A stretch of 64,000 bases of DNA from a virus. Positions within the stretch are counted from its first letter, which is position 1. The number at the start of each line of letters is the position of its first letter. The notes beneath the pieces were generated by a model. The model saw only the letters and a program-made list of their open reading frames with translations, was not told where the DNA came from and made no database searches. The stretch covers positions 2,373 to 66,372 of the IMG/VR virus record IMGVR_UViG_3300038299_000386. One strand, written 5' to 3'. The position numbers were made by a program, and so were the translations under genes. Below are positions 59,719 through 64,000 of the stretch, one piece after another.

Positions 59719-61400
59719 CTCACTCGCCTCATGGGGCCGACATAAATTCTTGAGCCAGCGTTCGTGCGAATCACTCTAACGTTGCGACCTGTTTGCCTAC
59801 GGAGTTGTTGCGCCCATGCTCGAGCCTGGGGGTGGGTGAATTTTCTTGGAGTGCCCCTGAACTGTTTGCCTTTTATCGTCCTTTGAAGCGTCGGCACGGC
59901 CTTTGAAGTAAGTGGTAGCACCATATTAGGCAGATTGTATGTTCTTGCCTTGTAGGAGCCTCTGTCGTATTCCCTGTCGCTTGGATAGGTGTAAGATGCA
60001 CCACGTTCCTTGGCGACGTCTTGGATCACACTTAATGTCTCAAAATCACTTCTATCTTGTGCCTTTTTCAAACCTTCTTCGTTAATCTTAACGTCGATGG
60101 AAGCAACTAATTCATCTCGTATTTTGCCAGACTGGGTGAAAATTTCTTCTAATGAGTTGATCGCTTCAAAGCCACCTAGGGCCATTAAATTGTCTCGCAG
60201 TGATTTTTCTTCGACGAATAGTTCCGAAGTGCCTTCTCTTTCCGACTTTTGCCTCAGCCAGTCCTCTACGGCCAAAACATCCGGTCCGAGCAACTTCCAT
60301 TCTGCAACCCAACCCAGACCTGCCACTGGTAAAACCTTGTAAGGAAGCGGAACCGTCTCGGTTTCGAAATTGTCAGACCATAGTTTCCCTGCAGCCGTAA
60401 AGTCCCATTCTTCAGGGCCGTTCGGTAAAAGGTCGATTTCGGGGCCACCATACCATGAGTCGTGGATGTAGTCTGTGTTCCCTGGAACAGTCAAAGCCGA
60501 TTCCGGGTTTTCAGAACCACGAAAAAAGCGGCCAGAAGACCTTAATTGTGTAATCTCACTGCCGCTTGGTACGATTTGTCCTTTAGCAACCATCACCAAT
60601 TCTTCTATAAATTGACTATCTCCTTGATATGGCGCCATAGCAACGCCGGCTCCAATCGCAAGCCTTTCATTTTCATCTCGAATAAAAGCACCCCCAAACA
60701 ACCCAGGGTTTGTTTGAGATGGATCAATGTCATCAACTGAATCGGTAAGTGACTTGCCTTTTTCTCTATTGAAAGGTCGAGAGTTGAATGCACCCATCCT
60801 TGCAGTAGTTCTAATTTCAGCGATTGATTCTTCAATATCACGATCTACATCGATTGCTTTTTCAGTTTCAGTCACGGATTCTTTCCTGAAATATTTATTG
60901 GGTTCTTCTTGCTCTTTTATTCGATTCATTAGATGCATCATTTCGTGAACCACAACATCTTCAAGAATAAACCCCTTATTGGCGGCTGTTTCAGGGTCAA
61001 TTAGCACCTGCTTACCAATATTCTGCCCTGCTATGTCTGGAGGGAGTTTTTGTATCCGTAAGTCAATTCCAAATTCCTCAAATTTTTTCCTTTCTTCGGG
61101 GCTGAAATAGACCTCAATCGTTTCAAGGACGTTCTCCCGGCCTTTTTCAAAATCCGCCGTTGAGATTTCTGCGTTGTTTGATACCTTCATCCTGTTGTAG
61201 ATCCGTGGCGATTTTACTTCATCTGATATAATCATCTTAGCAATCTGTTGAGAGTTATGCGTTTTGTTCCGAATCATTACTGACGCCCCTTCAGCAACCT
61301 TTCTTTGATACTTGTTTCCATTAAGAAGCATGTCATCAAGTATTTGAGCAAGTTCGACTGAACCTTGCTTACCCATTGCAACTTGCTTCAAATCGGCCAT
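59715..61400 (-). CDS. HExxH zinc-metallopeptidase-domain protein with C-terminal tag
   Basis: VVVHEMMHL followed by EESIAE; domain bounded by RIYNR and RPFNR; tag RTIKGKQF...AQQLRRQTGRNVRVI...RIYVG. Confidence 0.75.
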   Translation of the reverse strand: MADLKQVAMGKQGSVELAQILDDMLLNGNKYQRKVAEGASVMIRNKTHNSQQIAKMIISDEVKSPRIYNRMKVSNNAEISTADFEKGRENVLETIEVYFSPEERKKFEEFGIDLRIQKLPPDIAGQNIGKQVLIDPETAANKGFILEDVVVHEMMHLMNRIKEQEEPNKYFRKESVTETEKAIDVDRDIEESIAEIRTTARMGAFNSRPFNREKGKSLTDSVDDIDPSQTNPGLFGGAFIRDENERLAIGAGVAMAPYQGDSQFIEELVMVAKGQIVPSGSEITQLRSSGRFFRGSENPESALTVPGNTDYIHDSWYGGPEIDLLPNGPEEWDFTAAGKLWSDNFETETVPLPYKVLPVAGLGWVAEWKLLGPDVLAVEDWLRQKSEREGTSELFVEEKSLRDNLMALGGFEAINSLEEIFTQSGKIRDELVASIDVKINEEGLKKAQDRSDFETLSVIQDVAKERGASYTYPSDREYDRGSYKARTYNLPNMVLPLTSKAVPTLQRTIKGKQFRGTPRKFTHPQARAWAQQLRRQTGRNVRVIRTNAGSRIYVGPMRRVR

Positions 61401-61401
61401 T

Positions 61402-61836
61402 TTACCAAACCCTTGCGCAATCATCGACCACTACTGGGTCTTCGGTTTCAATCCAAATGCTCGCCCCGCAACTCAATGGATCGCAAGGCTTGTAAACAAT
61501 TTTTGAATTTCCTTCAACCTTGACGTCAGAAGCCCTTATGCTCCCTTTTGAGGTTTGGATTGTTATTGGTGGCTTGACATTGTCGGGATTTTTCTTATTC
61601 CATCCAATCATGTGCCTGTTAACGTGGATTTGTTTTTTGCTTGGCCTACCTTTTCGGGTGAGTCTGCAACTCCGATAAACCGCATATTTACCATTAGCGT
61701 GGCGTATTACTCGGGCATTTATCCCAAACGCTCGATGTCGCTTGGCGACGGTGTCGGCTCTCCTTTTAGTCAAGCTATGATCCGACAAAATATGCCTTTT
61801 CTTGTTTGAGCCGATGTAACGAATTTGTCGAACCAT
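61402..61836 (-). CDS. Tag domain fused to a conserved marine-phage hypothetical domain
   Basis: AKRHRAFGINARVIRHANGKYAVY; KQIHVNRH...PPITI...PLSCGASIWIET. Confidence 0.85.
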   Translation of the reverse strand: MVRQIRYIGSNKKRHILSDHSLTKRRADTVAKRHRAFGINARVIRHANGKYAVYRSCRLTRKGRPSKKQIHVNRHMIGWNKKNPDNVKPPITIQTSKGSIRASDVKVEGNSKIVYKPCDPLSCGASIWIETEDPVVVDDCARVW

Positions 61837-61840
61837 TTCA

Positions 61841-63706
61841 TCAAATCTCCGTGTAGTCTACAACGTGCTTATTTCGGGACATATCCCAAAGAACGTCGGC
61901 ATAACGAATCTGTGTGTTCCCGTCAATCTCGCCATTTTCTTGGTCTGCACGGCCGATGACATAATCGCTCTGTGCGCCGAGTGATTTGATTGTACCCAAG
62001 GCATCCTCGAAGGATGGTATCCAGGTCGAAACGGGTTCTGTTGTGATGGAATCATAAATTCTGAAGTGCCAGCCTTTCAGAATAGCCTCTATTGCTGATG
62101 CGTTTGCGCCCTCCTCTTGAGCCAATTTAGCCATTGTCATCTTTGCTTGGGCGTTGGAGGCACCGAAGTCAAATCCAAGGTCTGCGAGGTTATCCCTGCG
62201 GGAATCTTGGACTGAGGATTGCGGTAAAAGCCAATTGGAAAGGTATTGTCGTGGTAATCTGCTGGGGTCATTGACCTTTTCACCGTCCAAATATAGTTGG
62301 AATTCACCCGCTTCAAGGCGGTAATCCTCGGCTCTCCCGTCGACTTCCCAACCTGCCCAATCGCCTGTTTCTGTAATTGTCATATATCCTCCGATGACGG
62401 CTACACCAGGTGCGAGTTGATCGTGCTCTTGGTAACCTTCCTGTGAAAAAGTCTCATAGGTTGACAACTTCTTACTTGCATTAAGAGCCTTCCTTAGAGC
62501 ATCAAAATACTCTGCTTCATTGTTTTCATCTGAGTAATACTTTCCACCAAGAAGCTCGCCAACCGAATTCACAATCAAAAATGCTGGCTTCTTATCAAAT
62601 CGAATACTTTCTCCGAATCTTCTCGGATTGAAGGTCCAGAATCCAGAAGGTGCGCCGTCCGGCAGTTTTGGTTGGTTTGCAATCCCCAATCGTGGATTCA
62701 AAGTTGAATCAGATAATACGTCGCGGTCGAATGTCTTCCCGCCCCATTGAAGTCGTTCATTACCAAGTTGGTCCCCGAAAAATGCATTATCCATTTCGTC
62801 AGAAAATATGCCCTTTAGGATGTCATCGATGGAATCTCCTTGTTCTTCGGACTTTTGATCCCTTGCGGCAACAGCGAAAACCTCGCCGGCTTCTGCTTTA
62901 GTTTGCCTTACATTTTCCGGCAACAATAAGCCGCTTCCTACTTCAAAGGTTTCAGACATCATGCGGTCAATCATGGCAAATATCTCATCGTCGGTCGTGT
63001 CTTGTTCACTGCCTCCGTCGATGCCCATAAGTTCGTAGAAGTCTATTTCATCTGCTGACTTCATGATTTGTCCGCCCATTCCATCAGATACTTCTGTGAA
63101 ATCAAAGTCCAATCCCCCTCCGGATTCTGCTTTGAATTCCTCTCGAGATTTGGCTTTGTAGCCTAAATCTTCGCTCATATCGGTCGAAGCGAACAGATCA
63201 TCAAGCATTGCTGCAGCGGTGAACTGCTGTTCTTGCTTTATCGCCTCATTAACCACTGCGGCTTGTGGATCTACAAGTGCTTGGAATGCGTTTATGGCAT
63301 CAGTCCCGCCAAGCACCTGAATGTTGGACTTCCAATCCAGGTCGTTTCTATACCCCGGTTGCCTTCTCATCCAATCAACAAGTGCAGGTTGATCAATTCC
63401 TCCGGGGCGTTCAAATGTTCTCCAAGGAAAACGAATAGCGTTGTAGGTGCGGTTGACATTGCGGAAGTTTCGGTTTCTTTTTCCGAAGTAAATTGCTGTC
63501 TTGTTGATTGATTTTAATTTGACAGTTCTTGCGTTTATCCCGATTTTACGCATTCTGGATGCAAGCACTTGGGCATCGGCTTTGTTTGTAGCGAGGCCTG
63601 AAAAATTGTATCGGGAGCCGTCAAACTTCCTTGTTCCGCTAAATCTTCTCCTCTGAAGAGTTCGCATGTCATTAGCACTTACTATCGGGTATCTGTTTTT
63701 ACTCAT
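61841..63706 (-). CDS. Tagged cargo protein (N-terminal tag, highly acidic body)
   Basis: RKFDGSRY...ASRMRKIGINARTV...AIYFG; RTYN linker; ATG 63706 after GAGGCGA. Confidence 0.9.
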   Translation of the reverse strand: MSKNRYPIVSANDMRTLQRRRFSGTRKFDGSRYNFSGLATNKADAQVLASRMRKIGINARTVKLKSINKTAIYFGKRNRNFRNVNRTYNAIRFPWRTFERPGGIDQPALVDWMRRQPGYRNDLDWKSNIQVLGGTDAINAFQALVDPQAAVVNEAIKQEQQFTAAAMLDDLFASTDMSEDLGYKAKSREEFKAESGGGLDFDFTEVSDGMGGQIMKSADEIDFYELMGIDGGSEQDTTDDEIFAMIDRMMSETFEVGSGLLLPENVRQTKAEAGEVFAVAARDQKSEEQGDSIDDILKGIFSDEMDNAFFGDQLGNERLQWGGKTFDRDVLSDSTLNPRLGIANQPKLPDGAPSGFWTFNPRRFGESIRFDKKPAFLIVNSVGELLGGKYYSDENNEAEYFDALRKALNASKKLSTYETFSQEGYQEHDQLAPGVAVIGGYMTITETGDWAGWEVDGRAEDYRLEAGEFQLYLDGEKVNDPSRLPRQYLSNWLLPQSSVQDSRRDNLADLGFDFGASNAQAKMTMAKLAQEEGANASAIEAILKGWHFRIYDSITTEPVSTWIPSFEDALGTIKSLGAQSDYVIGRADQENGEIDGNTQIRYADVLWDMSRNKHVVDYTEI

Positions 63707-63716
63707 TTTAATCGCC

Positions 63717-64000
63717 TCATAATACAAGTGTATTCACGTAAATCATAATTGCAAGAACGGTTTTGGCCGTCCATGAAAGGAAAATATATCCCCGTTCGCC
63801 ATTGTAGTATGCATCAGCGTTTTTGCTACTGAATTGCCATGCTTGGTTTATTGCGAACGAATTAAAGAAAAGGAACTGTACCAGCAATATTGCCCAGACG
63901 AAGGAAGGAATTTCTGTGTATGAAACTCCTAACTGTTCGAGATTCAGGAAAAGAGTGCCGTATAGTGCAATCCAAGGGCCAATTCCAGCAATGCATCCAA
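63717..64000 (-). CDS. Heliorhodopsin, C-terminal part (5' end outside window; absent from ORF track)
   Basis: Manual translation GCIAGIGPWIAL...IPSFVWAILLVQFLFFNSFAINQ...YYNGERGYIFLSWTAKTVLA; matches heliorhodopsin GCIAGxxPW, FNSFA, GExxYxxLSxxAK. Confidence 0.88.
   Translation of the reverse strand, partial: GCIAGIGPWIALYGTLFLNLEQLGVSYTEIPSFVWAILLVQFLFFNSFAINQAWQFSSKNADAYYNGERGYIFLSWTAKTVLAIMIYVNTLVL

Overview
Gene-dense stretch of what is most likely an archaeal virus or large extrachromosomal element. GGTGA/GGAGG ribosome-binding sites, TATA-like boxes about 26 nt before leaderless ATGs and thrombospondin-3-repeat surface proteins suggest a marine Euryarchaeota (Poseidoniales/MG-II-like) host; this is inference. 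I recognised no housekeeping genes, rRNA, tRNA, CRISPR, integrase, capsid, terminase or polymerase. Recognisable genes: WGR+ATP-dependent DNA ligase, PAPS-reductase-family protein, GP88-like, DUF932, DUF6884-like, DUF3846-like, TspO, an FtsK/HerA/Zot-type P-loop ATPase, a kinase-like protein, a HExxH peptidase, RHH/HTH regulators, a divergent type-1 rhodopsin, and a heliorhodopsin truncated at the right edge that the ORF track missed. Three linked patterns stand out. (1) A basic ~50-aa domain (R-x-[FI]-x-G-x-x-[FY]...A-x-x-x-A-x-x-[LA]R-x-x-G-x-x-ARV[IV]...G-x-x-[IVL]Y) occurs in 22 genes (23 copies), mostly fused to the N- or C-terminus of otherwise unrelated, often acidic cargo proteins. (2) A short R-x-Y-[NSD]-R motif recurs at domain junctions of the same proteins, a candidate processing site. 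(3) A DNA motif AAASYGTGC lies 56-58 nt upstream of eight start codons, a candidate late regulon. Together they suggest an undescribed 'tagged cargo' packaging or delivery system.
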